This document shows positions 26,649-36,469 of a stretch of 48,617 nt of DNA, piece by piece. Where the stretch lies: UHGV virus genome UHGV-1497260. One strand, written 5' to 3'. Positions within the stretch are counted from its first letter, which is position 1, and the number at the start of each line of letters is the position of its first letter. The notes under the pieces were generated by a model, which saw nothing but the letters and a program-made list of their open reading frames with translations, searched no databases and was not told the origin of the DNA. This DNA comes from a virus. The translations under genes and the position numbers were made by a program.

Positions 26649-29600
26649 ATGAGTGATGGTACAAGAGTTTTACAAGCAATTATAAGAATGAGAGATGAAG
26701 CTAGTGCAACTTTAAGAAGAGTTGCGGCAAATACAAGATCTCTGCATGACTCAACTTCTAACGCCTCTAAGGCTTTAAATAATGTCCAAAACAATTTAAA
26801 AAATGTTGGTTCTACCGCTTTAAAAACAGGTAGTGCTATAGCTGCTGTGTCTGGTGGGATACTCGCTTTAAGTGCAAAATCTGCAATAGAATTCGAAAGT
26901 GCTTTTGCAGGAGTTAAAAAGACTGTAAATGCAAGTGATGCAGATATTAATACGTTTAAGAAAAATATCATGGATTTATCTAAAAATATGCCACAAACGG
27001 CAGTTGAGATTAGTGCTGTCGGAGAAGCAGCAGGACAATTAGGTATTAAAGTCGGCAAAAATGCATCTAATATTACAAATTTTACAAAAACAATGGTTAT
27101 GCTTGGAGATGCAACAAACATGTCGTCTGATGAAGCAGCTACAGCATTAGCTAGATTTGCAAACATTGTTCAAATGCCACAAAAAAACTTTGATAGACTT
27201 GGAGCAACGATAGTTCAACTTGGAAATAACCTAGCAACTACAGAAAGCGAAATTGTTGAAATGGCTCTTAGACTTGCTGGTTCTGGAAAACAAGTTGGGA
27301 TGTCTGAGGCGCAAATAATGTCTTTCGCTGGTGCATTAAGTTCAGTTGGTATAAAAGCAGAGGCAGGAGGTTCTGCTTTTTCTAAGGTTATGCAACAAAT
27401 GCAATTATCATGCGAAATGGGAGGAAGTAAATTAAATAACTTTGCAAAAGTTGCTGGCATGAGTGCATCAAAATTTAAAGAGTCGTTTCAAAAAGATGCT
27501 GCTGGAGCAATTATATCATTTGTCAAAGGACTTGGAGATGCAAAAAAACATGGAAATAGTGCTATAAAAATGTTAAATAAGATGGGAATAACTGAAATAG
27601 GCATGACTGATGCATTGCTTAGAGCAAGTGGAGCAGGTGATCTATTTAACAACGCTATTCAACTTGGAAATGACGCTTGGAAAGAGAATGTAGCACTAAC
27701 AAATGAAGCAAATCAAAGATATTCAACGACAGAATCGCAGCTTAAGATGATGAAAAATCAGATTACTCAAGTAGCAATAATTATAGGGAATAATTTATTA
27801 CCTTTTATAAGAAGTGCAGTCCAAGTTGTATCTAATATGGCTAATGCTTTCTCTAACTTGCCTCCAGCCTTCCAATCAACTGTAACAGGTATATTGTTAG
27901 CTGTTACAACATTTGGCTTGTTGTTGGCTACTGTAGGGATTGTAAGTCTTGTTATTTCTAAAGCAGCAGGCTTATTCGCTTTCTTTATACCTATAATATT
28001 AAGAACAAAAGTTGCATTTAGAGCCTTTGTAATTGGAATGAAACCATTAAGTGCAGTATTTTTAGCTGTAATGGGTCCTATGGGTTGGACTATAGCAGCT
28101 GTAATAGCATTATCAGTAGCCTTTACTGTTGCTTATGCTAAATCTGAAGTATTTAGAAATAAAGTTAATTCATTAGTAAAATCATTTACAGAATTCGCAA
28201 AGCCTATAGTAAATTTTTGTATGCCTGCACTTAAACAATTAGGAGAGAAATTTAAAGAGTTGTTATCAGCATTTGGTCCACTATTTGCATCTATCTTAAA
28301 CTTAGGAAGTGTAATAATGAAGGTACTAGGACCTGTTTTAATTGGTGTAATAGGTTTTCATATAGCAAAATTAGTTGTAGTTTTATCTACTCTAGCAACT
28401 GCATTCAAAGCTGTAGTTGATACTATAACTAATGTATTAAATGGCCTTGCATCTATTTTAAATGGAATATTTGATTTAATTATAGGCATTGTCACAGGCG
28501 ATAGTAAAAAGATGATGGATGGAGTTAAACAAATATTTGATGGTGGAACTAAAATTATAAAATCAATTTGGAAAGGTTTCATAGATTTTGTAACTGCTCC
28601 TATACAAGCTATAGCCGATATAGCTGACAGCTTATTTAAAGATAAAGCTAAATGGCTTACAGATAAGTGGAGAGATTTAAGAACATTCTTAGAAAATCCA
28701 ATTGAAGCAACTGCCAAAATATCTACTAAAACAAATGCAAATATCCCAGGAAGTAAAGCAGCAGATGCAGCTGGTAAATCTACACCAAATACAGGTGGAT
28801 TAAAACAAACAGTAGCAAATCTAAAAGGTTCATTTAGTGATTTTAAAACTTTTATTAAGCCTATGACAGACTCTATAAGTCAAGGAGTTGAATCTGGAAA
28901 AACTAAATTTACAGAACTGCAAAACAAAATATTAAATGATGTTAAACCTGCATTAAAGGTCTTAGAGGATTCTGGAGTAAATTTTAAAGATAAGTTTAAG
29001 GAGTCAATAACTTCAATAAAGGATAAATTTAATGAATTAAAGAACATATTAGCTGGAAATATTAAAACAAATATAGATAATTTAGTAAAAGCATTTGAAC
29101 CTTTAAAACCTCATTTAGATAATTTGAAAGATTGCTTTGATAAGGTTAAAAAAGCAATTACTGACTTTTTTACTCCAGCCAAACAGGTTGGAGATACAGT
29201 AAATAAAGTAAGTCAGCCAATGGATAGTGTTAAAAAGTCTACTGATGGAATTAAACTTTCTTTCCAAAGTTTAATTCAAGCACTTGCTCCTGTTAAAGCT
29301 TGGTTTCAAGGATTTATGCCTTTCCTATCACAAATAGGACAACAACTTTTACCATCTATAGGAATTGCAATAGCTGGTGTTGTTGGCGGAATAATTTTAG
29401 CATTTACATGGGTTTTAAATACATTAACCGCAATAATAACAACTGTTTCTGGAATCATAAATGGAATTATGTCTTTTATATCTGGAATTATTAATGTTAT
29501 TATGGGGCTTATAACAGGAAATGCTGATCAAACTATGGATGGACTTAAACAAATATTTGATAGTGGAGTAGGTGTAATAAAATCAATTTGGAATGGCCTT

Positions 29601-30041
29601 GTTGATCTAGTTAGTGGCGTACTAGAACCTGTAATAGATCTTGCTGATTCTCTTTTCAAAGATAAAGTTAAAGGGGTAAAAGAAGCTTGGAATAAACTTA
29701 AAGAATTTTTTCATAATCCAATCAAAGGAATGATCGAGATAGTAAAAAGTGGTCCTAGTTTACAAATAGGAAAAGGTGCGGATGCTGCTGGCAAAAGTCC
29801 AAGAAAAGCATTTGGTATAAATAGAGTTCCTAGAAATGATTATTTAATAAGAGCACACGAAGGCGAGAAACTTTTAACCAAACAAGAAGCTAATCAATAC
29901 AAAAGGAATAGTTCAAATGGAAGTTTATTTCTTGATAAATTGGCTGATACAATAATTGTAAGAGAAGAGGCTGACATAGATAAAATTGTAAGAAAAATAA
30001 ACAAAAAAATATCTCTTGCAAAAGTTGGAGGCGTTTTGTAA
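26649..30041 (+). CDS. tail tape measure protein with an internal ~170-aa duplication
   Basis: 1130 aa; predicted helical and transmembrane segments; repeated modules DSKKMMDGVKQIFDGGTKIIKSIWKG...ADSLFKDKAKW and NADQTMDGLKQIFDSGVGVIKSIWNG...ADSLFKDKVKG. Confidence 0.85.
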   Translation: MSDGTRVLQAIIRMRDEASATLRRVAANTRSLHDSTSNASKALNNVQNNLKNVGSTALKTGSAIAAVSGGILALSAKSAIEFESAFAGVKKTVNASDADINTFKKNIMDLSKNMPQTAVEISAVGEAAGQLGIKVGKNASNITNFTKTMVMLGDATNMSSDEAATALARFANIVQMPQKNFDRLGATIVQLGNNLATTESEIVEMALRLAGSGKQVGMSEAQIMSFAGALSSVGIKAEAGGSAFSKVMQQMQLSCEMGGSKLNNFAKVAGMSASKFKESFQKDAAGAIISFVKGLGDAKKHGNSAIKMLNKMGITEIGMTDALLRASGAGDLFNNAIQLGNDAWKENVALTNEANQRYSTTESQLKMMKNQITQVAIIIGNNLLPFIRSAVQVVSNMANAFSNLPPAFQSTVTGILLAVTTFGLLLATVGIVSLVISKAAGLFAFFIPIILRTKVAFRAFVIGMKPLSAVFLAVMGPMGWTIAAVIALSVAFTVAYAKSEVFRNKVNSLVKSFTEFAKPIVNFCMPALKQLGEKFKELLSAFGPLFASILNLGSVIMKVLGPVLIGVIGFHIAKLVVVLSTLATAFKAVVDTITNVLNGLASILNGIFDLIIGIVTGDSKKMMDGVKQIFDGGTKIIKSIWKGFIDFVTAPIQAIADIADSLFKDKAKWLTDKWRDLRTFLENPIEATAKISTKTNANIPGSKAADAAGKSTPNTGGLKQTVANLKGSFSDFKTFIKPMTDSISQGVESGKTKFTELQNKILNDVKPALKVLEDSGVNFKDKFKESITSIKDKFNELKNILAGNIKTNIDNLVKAFEPLKPHLDNLKDCFDKVKKAITDFFTPAKQVGDTVNKVSQPMDSVKKSTDGIKLSFQSLIQALAPVKAWFQGFMPFLSQIGQQLLPSIGIAIAGVVGGIILAFTWVLNTLTAIITTVSGIINGIMSFISGIINVIMGLITGNADQTMDGLKQIFDSGVGVIKSIWNGLVDLVSGVLEPVIDLADSLFKDKVKGVKEAWNKLKEFFHNPIKGMIEIVKSGPSLQIGKGADAAGKSPRKAFGINRVPRNDYLIRAHEGEKLLTKQEANQYKRNSSNGSLFLDKLADTIIVREEADIDKIVRKINKKISLAKVGGVL

Positions 30042-30087
30042 ATTATCGTGCTATAATTGTAGTATATAATTTACAGGGGGTTATGTT

Positions 30088-30564
30088 ATGAATAAAAAAA
30101 TACCAGCATTAGCAATATTAATTGTATTATCTTTAAGTTTAGTTGGATGCAGCACAAATGATTCAAAAAATGGAGATAGTAAACCTAAGCAAAATACAGA
30201 GGAAATTAAAAATCATAAAATAGGCGAAGTTGTTGATTTGGACGGAGCAAAGGTATCTGTTAAAAATGTTAGAAAACTAGAATCAGATAGTAATGTATAT
30301 GCAGTTGAGATTGAAATCACCAATACAGGAGATACAGATCTTGAAAGTGATTTCCTTCAAAACTACATACTAAAAACGGATGATAATACAGTTGGAAATG
30401 CAATAAATAATCAAGAATTAAATGGAGAATTACTATTTGACACAATACATCCAGGAGATACATTAAAAGGTGAGATAGCATTTGAACTTACAAAAGATAC
30501 AAAGCCAAAAACAATTGAAATTGCTTATGAAAATGTAGGAAAATATACAGTATTTGATTTATAA
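30088..30564 (+). CDS. lipoprotein (signal peptide + LVGC lipobox), DUF4352-like beta-sandwich; moron inside the tail operon
   Basis: MNKKIPALAILIVLSLSLVGCS; own extended -10 (TGCTATAAT at 30049-30057) and its own terminator. Confidence 0.7.
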   Translation: MNKKIPALAILIVLSLSLVGCSTNDSKNGDSKPKQNTEEIKNHKIGEVVDLDGAKVSVKNVRKLESDSNVYAVEIEITNTGDTDLESDFLQNYILKTDDNTVGNAINNQELNGELLFDTIHPGDTLKGEIAFELTKDTKPKTIEIAYENVGKYTVFDL

Positions 30565-30576
30565 TAATTATCTTAA

Positions 30577-30609
30577 AAGACACTTATTGAAATAAGTGTC
30601 TTTTATTTT
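30577..30609 (+). terminator. intrinsic terminator AAGACACTTATT-ga-AATAAGTGTCTT followed by TTTTATTTT
   Basis: perfect 12-bp stem and T-run. Confidence 0.8.
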
Positions 30610-30621
30610 AGGAGGAGTTTA

Positions 30622-31257
30622 ATGGAAATATGGTTAAGACAAGCAAATAATACATTTAGGTTTCCTGTTATTCCACCCTCTTTTGAGATAAATGGAAGTG
30701 CAACAATAAATACATCTAATATTTTAAGTGTTGGAGATATTGCAGTATTTGGAGGGTTAGGGCTTAAAACTATAGAACTATCCTCTTTTTTCCCTAATCA
30801 AGAATATAGTTTCTGTAATTATAATGGATTTCCAAAACCATATGATTGTGTAAATTTAATAGAAAGTTGGATGAAAGAAGGATATATATTAAGATTTATC
30901 ATTACAGAAACTAATATAAACTTTGAATGTATAATTGCAGATTTTAATTATAGAGAACAAGATTATTCAAGAGATGTTTATTTTACCTTAAGTCTAAAAG
31001 AATATAGGAGGATACAAATATCCAAAGTAAACATTAACAATGATGAAAAATTATCTTCTGAAAAGGATGTTCAACTAACAAAAGGATTTGATACTAAGCA
31101 AAAAACGCATAAGGTTGTTGAAGGAGATACTCTTTTTAAGATAGCTAAAAAATATTATGGCAATGGAGATTTATGGGAGAAGATTTATAAAGCAAATGAA
31201 GATGAAATTAAAGATCCATCTGTAATAAAAAATGGTTGGGTATTAATAATTCCTTAA
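30622..31257 (+). CDS. LysM-domain tail protein (XkdP-like)
   Basis: C-terminal LysM segment HKVVEGDTLFKIAKKYYGNGDLWEKIYKAN. Confidence 0.7.
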   Translation: MEIWLRQANNTFRFPVIPPSFEINGSATINTSNILSVGDIAVFGGLGLKTIELSSFFPNQEYSFCNYNGFPKPYDCVNLIESWMKEGYILRFIITETNINFECIIADFNYREQDYSRDVYFTLSLKEYRRIQISKVNINNDEKLSSEKDVQLTKGFDTKQKTHKVVEGDTLFKIAKKYYGNGDLWEKIYKANEDEIKDPSVIKNGWVLIIP

Positions 31258-31337
31258 AATGGTGGTGATTTATAATTAATAAAATCAAAATACAAGTTCA
31301 TATAAAAAACGGAAATATATATAATGTAACTGATTTA

Positions 31338-33014
31338 GTGGATAAATGCACTTGGTCTGGTGATTATAGATCACCATCAAGAACTTTAGAATTTTCTATA
31401 ATTCAATCTGCAAGTGATATTAATTTTAGGCAGATAGATATTCCAGTAGCAAGCACAGTTTGTTTTTATGTAGATGATAAAGAACTTTTTAGAGGAATGA
31501 TAATAGATAGATCTAAAGACTCTAACAATAATAATATAGATTTTACAGCTAAAGATATGGGTTTTTTACTTTTACAAAGCGAAGTGTCATACAATTTTAA
31601 AGATAAATTGGTTGAAGATATTGCAAAACAAGTATTTTTAGAAAATAAACTCCCACTAGGTAATTTACCTAAGACTGGAGTTAAATATACAAAAATGTTT
31701 ATTGGCGTAACTGGTTATGATACTATAATGAGTGTTTATACAGAAGCAAGCAAAACAACTAAAAAAAAGTATATGATAGAGTCTAATCTTGATAAATTTA
31801 ATGTTATTGAGAAGGGTGTAGTTACTTTAAATATAACATTTGAAGAAGGCTTTAATCTTATCAATACAAATTTTTCTGAAAGCATGGAGAATGTAAAAAA
31901 TAAAGTACTGGTTGTTGATCAGTATGGTAATAAGATTAGTGAGAAAATAAATGACTCTATATTTAAAGACGTTGGAGTAATTATGCAAAAGGTAATACAA
32001 CAACAAGAAAACAGTACTATAGACATAGATGGAGAGTTTAAAGGAATCGAAAAAACTTGCTCTCTAAAAGGATATGGTGATATAACTTGTGTAACTGGTA
32101 GAGGTGTAAAAGTAAAAGACTCATATACAAAATTAATTGGTCTTTTTTATATAGATACAGATAAGCATACATGGCAAAATGGAGATTATCAAATTGAACT
32201 AGAGCTTAATTTTGAGAATATAATGGATGAAAAATCTGCTGGTCAAGATGAACAAAAAGAAGATGGTTCAGAGTATACTGGAGGAACAGAATACTCTGCT
32301 GAATTTACTGCTTATTGTCCTAGAAAATCTGAAGGTGGAGATAAAGATTGTAGAGGTAAAAAACTAGATCCTTCTAAAAAAACATGTGCTGCTCCCATGG
32401 TTGGATCATATGAGAAATCTTACTATACAAAAGATTTCTTAAACAAACATCCTCTTATGAGATATGGAGATGAAATACAATTAGTTACAGGTGTTTCAAG
32501 TCGAGATGGAACGTATAAAGTAAATGATAATGGACCTGCAATAATTATAGAAAAGGATGGAACATATCATATAGATATTTTATTTGGAAATGTTGAAGAA
32601 GCTAACAACTTTGGAAGAAGAAAAGGAAAGATTATAATTGGTGGTTATTCTGGAAACATGACAGAAAAAGCAAAAACAGTAATTTCAGAAGCAAGAAAAC
32701 ATCTTGGAAAGCCATACAAATGGGGCGGGAATGGACCAAGTAGCTTTGATTGTTCTGGACTAATGGTATATTGCTTTAAGAAGGTTAATGTTAATTTACC
32801 AAGAACCTCAAGTCAGCAATCTAAGGTAGGTAAGAAAGTAGAGAAAAATAATTTACAGGCAGGAGATTTGGTATTTTTCCATAATCCAGTCAGCCATGTT
32901 GGACTATACGTAGGTAATGGAGAATTTTTACATGCGCCACAAACAGGAGATGTAGTTAAAATAAGTAAATTAAGTAATAGAAAAGATTTTAATACAGCTA
33001 GAAGAGTTTTGTAA
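31338..33014 (+). CDS. tail-associated cell-wall hydrolase (XkdQ-like N-terminus, C-terminal NlpC/P60 endopeptidase)
   Basis: C-terminal GKPYKWGGNGPSSFDCSGLMVY...HVGLYVG carries the Cys/His catalytic signature; a central Cys-containing region FTAYCP...C...C is of unclear type. Confidence 0.7.
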   Translation: MDKCTWSGDYRSPSRTLEFSIIQSASDINFRQIDIPVASTVCFYVDDKELFRGMIIDRSKDSNNNNIDFTAKDMGFLLLQSEVSYNFKDKLVEDIAKQVFLENKLPLGNLPKTGVKYTKMFIGVTGYDTIMSVYTEASKTTKKKYMIESNLDKFNVIEKGVVTLNITFEEGFNLINTNFSESMENVKNKVLVVDQYGNKISEKINDSIFKDVGVIMQKVIQQQENSTIDIDGEFKGIEKTCSLKGYGDITCVTGRGVKVKDSYTKLIGLFYIDTDKHTWQNGDYQIELELNFENIMDEKSAGQDEQKEDGSEYTGGTEYSAEFTAYCPRKSEGGDKDCRGKKLDPSKKTCAAPMVGSYEKSYYTKDFLNKHPLMRYGDEIQLVTGVSSRDGTYKVNDNGPAIIIEKDGTYHIDILFGNVEEANNFGRRKGKIIIGGYSGNMTEKAKTVISEARKHLGKPYKWGGNGPSSFDCSGLMVYCFKKVNVNLPRTSSQQSKVGKKVEKNNLQAGDLVFFHNPVSHVGLYVGNGEFLHAPQTGDVVKISKLSNRKDFNTARRVL

Positions 33015-33027
33015 AAGAGGTGATATC

Positions 33028-33360
33028 GTGGCAGATCCAATCAATGAATTTATAGGAATAATTAGGCAAGAAGGTAAATTTCATAATGAACCTTCTTTTT
33101 TTATTGGAAAAATTAAAAGTAAATTACCAGATTTAAAAATAGAGATAAATAACATCATATTAGAAAAAGAAGATATCTTGATAGATAGTTGGATGCTTGA
33201 TAGACAGATAGAGTTATTTGATACAGAAACAAGTCAAGAACATAAACATGAAATAAAAAATCCCTTTATAGATACTTTTGAATCTGGAAACACAGTAATA
33301 ATGTTTAAAATAGGTGAAAAATTTGCTGTTGTAAGTAAATTGGTGAGTCTAGATGAATAA
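33028..33360 (+). CDS. baseplate-region protein (XkdR-like)
   Basis: size and order in a PBSX-like baseplate block. Confidence 0.4.
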   Translation: MADPINEFIGIIRQEGKFHNEPSFFIGKIKSKLPDLKIEINNIILEKEDILIDSWMLDRQIELFDTETSQEHKHEIKNPFIDTFESGNTVIMFKIGEKFAVVSKLVSLDE

Positions 33361-33787
33361 TACTATATTCCCTTTCATGGGTGTTCCAGAAGATTATATT
33401 TCTCCAGACAATGAAGAATTACCTATTTTTAAAGAATTTGCTTGGGATTTTGATAAAGATGAAAAGGTAATTGAAAATGGAGACTTTAAAATAGTTGAAA
33501 GAAATGAAGCAATTAAAGTATGGATTTACAAAACAATAAAAACAGATAAGTATGTTTATTTAATATATGATTGGGATTATGGAACAGATATAAAAAATCT
33601 AATAGGGCAAAAGTATACTAAAGGTCTTACTGAAAGTGAGGCAAAAAGGTATATACAAGAAGCTCTATTAACTAATCCATATATATTAGAAGTCAATGTA
33701 ACAAATGCAGAATTTAAAGATGATAATTTATCTATAAGTTTAAATGTAAAAACAATTTATGGAGAGGAGGAGATTACTTTTGTATAG
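33353..33787 (+). CDS. baseplate protein (XkdS-like)
   Basis: size and order. Confidence 0.4.
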   Translation: MNNTIFPFMGVPEDYISPDNEELPIFKEFAWDFDKDEKVIENGDFKIVERNEAIKVWIYKTIKTDKYVYLIYDWDYGTDIKNLIGQKYTKGLTESEAKRYIQEALLTNPYILEVNVTNAEFKDDNLSISLNVKTIYGEEEITFV

Positions 33788-34832
33788 TGGCCAATCATTT
33801 AGTACCTTAAATAATAGAACTTTAAATAACATAAATCTCCCTCTTTATAAAGGCCAAGGATCTTCTCTTTATAATATAGTTTCTCCAATAAATTCAGAAC
33901 TTGCACAATTATATATAGAACTTTCTTATATACATAAGAGAGTTTTTATTCAAGATAACTTTGACGATTTTCTTGATAGAAGAGTCAATGAATTTGGTGT
34001 ATATAGAAAGTTAGGCACAGAGGCAATAGGTGAGGTAATATTTGAGGGCAAAATAGGAACTAAAATACCAAATGGAACAATAGTATCTCATAGTGATTTA
34101 CTATTTGTAGTTATTAAAGATGTTACAATAGATGAAGATAGTAAGTTAAATGTAAGCCCTATACAGGCTTTAGAGGTTGGCATTAAGTATAATTTATCAG
34201 CTAACACAGAATTTAAACTTATAGAAGAAATAACTGGAGTAACTAAAATTTATAATGAACTTGACCTAAAGGGTGGAACAGAAATAGAAACTGATGAAGA
34301 ATTAAAAGAAAGGTTCTATAAAATACAAAAAAATCAAGCGACAAGTGGAAATAAAGCGCATTACCAGTCTTGGGCTTTAGAGGTTGAAGGTGTTTATAAT
34401 GCAAAAGTAATTCCTCGTTGGGATGGTCCAGGCACAATTAAAATTCTAATTTATGGTCAAAACAATCAATCAGTTGACAATGAAGTATTGCAAAGATGTA
34501 CTGAACATATAGAAGAAGAAAAACCTATTGGACCTACTGTTACAATTGTTACACCAAGTACTTTTGATATTAATATTAGTGCAACTTTAACACTTGAAAA
34601 TGGATATGATATTGAATCTATAAAAGTTGTGTTTTTAGATATTATAAATTCTTATTTAATAGAAAATTCAAGAGAGATTATTTATATAAAAATAATGAGT
34701 TTGTTAGCAAGCATAGAAGGTGTTCATGATATAAAAAATCTCCTTGTAAATGATGATGTTAAAAACATAATAGTTGATGAAGAAAAAGTTCCTGCTGTTT
34801 CAAGTGCTATATTTGATATCGAGGTGAGTTAA
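33759..34832 (+). CDS. baseplate J-like protein (XkdT-like)
   Basis: size and order. Confidence 0.55.
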   Translation: MERRRLLLYSGQSFSTLNNRTLNNINLPLYKGQGSSLYNIVSPINSELAQLYIELSYIHKRVFIQDNFDDFLDRRVNEFGVYRKLGTEAIGEVIFEGKIGTKIPNGTIVSHSDLLFVVIKDVTIDEDSKLNVSPIQALEVGIKYNLSANTEFKLIEEITGVTKIYNELDLKGGTEIETDEELKERFYKIQKNQATSGNKAHYQSWALEVEGVYNAKVIPRWDGPGTIKILIYGQNNQSVDNEVLQRCTEHIEEEKPIGPTVTIVTPSTFDINISATLTLENGYDIESIKVVFLDIINSYLIENSREIIYIKIMSLLASIEGVHDIKNLLVNDDVKNIIVDEEKVPAVSSAIFDIEVS

Positions 34833-34833
34833 A

Positions 34834-35451
34834 TTGAAGTTAATTGATTACTTGCCAAGTTTTGCAAACAATGAAATTGACATACAGATCCAAGAAGCAC
34901 TTGAAAATGAACTTCTAACATTAATTGATGAAAAAGATGATTTACTAGATCAGTTTTTTATAGATACAGCAACTTGGGGGCTTGACGATTGGGAAAGTCT
35001 CTTAGGTGTAAAAATAAATTACAAGTTAGACTTTGATACTAGAAGAAGTAATATAAAGGCAAAGATTAGAGGTAGAGGAATAACTACAATAAAAGTTATA
35101 AAGGCTATATCAGAGGTATACACAAAGACCAATGTTGATGTAGAAGTATTTAGTAATCTATTTAGTTTTACACTTAGTTTTATAACAAATAATTGTAGTT
35201 ATAACACTATTTTAGAGTTAGATAAGAAAATAGAAGAAATAAAACCTGCACACCTTGAACATAAATTTGAAATGATTTTATTTAATGAAAATGGACTTTA
35301 TGCAGGAGCAATGACCAGTACAGGTGAGACAGTTACTATATACCCTTATACACCTAAAAATATAGAATGTTTTGGAGAAATAATACTAGCTAGTGGAAAC
35401 AATAAAAGTGCTGAAAGGGTAACATTATACCCTAAACAGGAGGTGATATAA
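34834..35451 (+). CDS. tail protein (XkdU-like)
   Basis: size and order. Confidence 0.45.
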   Translation: MKLIDYLPSFANNEIDIQIQEALENELLTLIDEKDDLLDQFFIDTATWGLDDWESLLGVKINYKLDFDTRRSNIKAKIRGRGITTIKVIKAISEVYTKTNVDVEVFSNLFSFTLSFITNNCSYNTILELDKKIEEIKPAHLEHKFEMILFNENGLYAGAMTSTGETVTIYPYTPKNIECFGEIILASGNNKSAERVTLYPKQEVI

Positions 35452-36453
35452 TTGGCACAAGCACAATATTATACATTACTTACGGAAATAGGCAAAGCGG
35501 CTATAGCAAACGCTACAGCACTTGGAACTAGAGTGGATTTTGCAAAAATAAAAGTTGGGGATGGTGGTGGAAGTGCATATATTCCAACAGAAACTCAAAC
35601 AGAACTCAAAAATGTAGTGTGGGAAAGCACATTAGAGCATGTTCAAGCAGATGAAAAAAATCCTAATTGGGTAGTTATCCAAAAGACTATAACTGGAGAT
35701 ACTGGAAGCTTTACAATCAGAGAGGTTGGAGTATTTGACTCTAAAGACCAACTTCTCGCAATATCTAGCTATCCAGAAACTTATAAACCTGCTCCAGATT
35801 CGGGAACAGTAAAAGAAATATTAATTAAAATTATATTAGCTGTGTCTAATACAGCAAGTATAAATTTAAAAATAGACCCAACAGTTGTATTAGCAACTTT
35901 AAAAGACATACAGGACCTAGACTCTAAAATTGATACAACTAAAACAGAATTAACAAGCAACATAGAAACTGCTAAAACAGAGTTAAATACTAGAATTGAC
36001 ACAGAAAATGAGAAACAAAATATTAAAATTGACCAATTAATCGCAGGTGGTTCTAATGTGGCATCTACTCAAACAATAACAATTGACGATTGGGTTGAGG
36101 ATGCAGAAAATGGATTCAAAGCAACTGTAACACATAGTTTGTTAACACAGAGAATAGTTGTAAATATTATAGATGCTACTACAAAAGAAAATGTAGTTAC
36201 AAACTTTAAAATTATAGATGATAATTCTATAGAAATTAGAAGTGAAACAAGGTCAGAATTAAATGTTTATGTGATAAATGGAAATGCAGAAACTCGTTTT
36301 ATTAATGCAACTGTGGATGATAACAGAGTATCTGAAATGACTACTTATTCGTCTAAGAAAATCGAAGATAGATTGGTTAATATAGAAGAAAAATTGAGTG
36401 GAAATTTATCTGATATTGCAACAAGTGTAAATGAGTTGATAACTTATTGTTAG
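35452..36453 (+). CDS. tail fibre protein
   Basis: position after the baseplate genes; repetitive T/N-rich central region. Confidence 0.5.
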   Translation: MAQAQYYTLLTEIGKAAIANATALGTRVDFAKIKVGDGGGSAYIPTETQTELKNVVWESTLEHVQADEKNPNWVVIQKTITGDTGSFTIREVGVFDSKDQLLAISSYPETYKPAPDSGTVKEILIKIILAVSNTASINLKIDPTVVLATLKDIQDLDSKIDTTKTELTSNIETAKTELNTRIDTENEKQNIKIDQLIAGGSNVASTQTITIDDWVEDAENGFKATVTHSLLTQRIVVNIIDATTKENVVTNFKIIDDNSIEIRSETRSELNVYVINGNAETRFINATVDDNRVSEMTTYSSKKIEDRLVNIEEKLSGNLSDIATSVNELITYC

Positions 36454-36469
36454 AGAGGAGAGTGAGAAA

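Noticed and set aside
26642-27166. Minus-strand 174-aa ORF (and 27215-27460, 28358-28717 minus; 29300-29494 plus) inside the tape measure gene
   Set aside because: Fully embedded in the long plus-strand TMP ORF, Ala/Ser/Leu-rich low-complexity translations typical of antisense or alternate-frame artefacts.
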